A stretch of 64,000 nt of DNA. Origin: Vicugna vicugna (lineage: Eukaryota). The notes beneath the pieces were generated by a model. The model saw nothing but the letters and a program-made list of their open reading frames with translations, ran no database searches and had not been told where the DNA came from. The stretch covers positions 2,852,911 through 2,916,910 of the forward strand of contig MU058531.1 in NCBI GenBank assembly GCA_013265495.1, in the 5' to 3' direction. Positions 63,084 to 64,000 of the stretch are shown here, in pieces (positions within the stretch are counted from its first letter, which is position 1; each line of letters opens with the position of its first letter). A program made the position numbers and the translations under genes.

Positions 63084-63975
63084 CTGTTATCCAAAATATA
63101 CAAACAACTCTTAAAACTCAACAATAAGATAATAATGACCTGATTATAAAATGGACCAAACATCTTGACACCTTACCAAAGAAGACATACAGATGGCAAA
63201 TAACTATATGAAAAGATGTTCCACATCATCCTCACCAGGAAAACACAAATTAAAACAATGAGATATCATCACACGCATATTAGAATGATCAAAACCCAAA
63301 ACACGGACAACACCAAATACTGGTGAGGATGTGGAGCAACAGGAACGCTCATTCATTTCTGGTGGGAACAGAAACTGGTACGGCCACTTTGGAAGACAGT
63401 CTGGTGGTTTCTTACAGATGAAACATACTCTTAACCTACCATTCAGCTACCTACATTCCTTGGTATTTGTCCAAAAGAGTTGAAAACTTACATCCACACA
63501 AAAACCTGCACATGGATATTTATAGCAGCTTTACTTCATAATTGCCAAATATGGAGGCAACCAAGATGTCCTGTGAATAAACTGTGGTGCAATCAGACAA
63601 TGGAGTATTATTCAGCCCTAAAAAAGAGCTACCAAGTCATGAAAAGACAGGAAGGAACCTTAAATGCATACTACAAGTCAAAGAAGCCAATCTGAAAACA
63701 CTGCATATGGTATGATTCCAACTCTGTGACATTCCAGAAAAGGCAAAACTAAGGAGACAATAAAAAGATCAGTGGTTACCAAAGGGGAGGGAGGGAGGGG
63801 TAAGAGAAAGATGAATATGCAAAGCAAGGAGGATTTTTAGGGCAATGAAAATACCCTGTATGATATTATAATGATACATATACACCATTATACATCTGTC
63901 CAAACTTGTGGAATGTACAGCACCAAACGTGAACTCTAAGGGTAAACTACAGACTTTGAGCAATTATGATGCAAA
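62810..63975 (+). mobile_element. Old L1 (L1MC-like) ORF2 end and 3'UTR, decayed
   Basis: KTYIHTKTCTWIFIAAL-like peptide remnants with stops/frameshifts, then L1 3'UTR. Confidence 0.8.
63049..63083 (+). repeat. poly(A) plus (AG)n tract
   Basis: A run followed by about 11 AG units. Confidence 0.9.
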
Positions 63976-64000
63976 ATTCCTCTCAATTTTGTGGTAAACT

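Noticed and set aside
56074..64000. Search for MYOF exon 5 or a nested gene in intron 5
   Set aside because: I found no ATIDLVIGYDPP-like coding segment or other credible exon; exon 5 probably lies beyond the window end.

Overview
Mammalian genomic DNA, most likely a camelid (inferred from the tRNA-derived, Vic-1-like SINEs and the LINE-1 3' ends). The whole window lies inside the myoferlin gene (MYOF) on the minus strand. I read 27 consecutive GT-AG coding exons (about 3048 nt, one continuous frame), equivalent to human exons 6-32 as I remember them, including the 39-nt cassette exon 17. The introns hold MIR, L2, L1, MLT, ERV-LTR, hAT and Tigger relics. The standout feature is a 6.2-kb LINE-1 with intact ORF1 and ORF2, antisense to MYOF, inserted at the exon-25 splice donor. 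Its 14-bp target-site duplication copies the last two codons of exon 25 (GAG ATG) plus the GT donor. This leaves a weakened native donor (GTACAT) and a better duplicate (GTACGT) fused to the L1 5'UTR CpG island, with an ATG in frame with exon 26. Exon numbers, residue numbers and repeat-family names come from recognition, not database searches.
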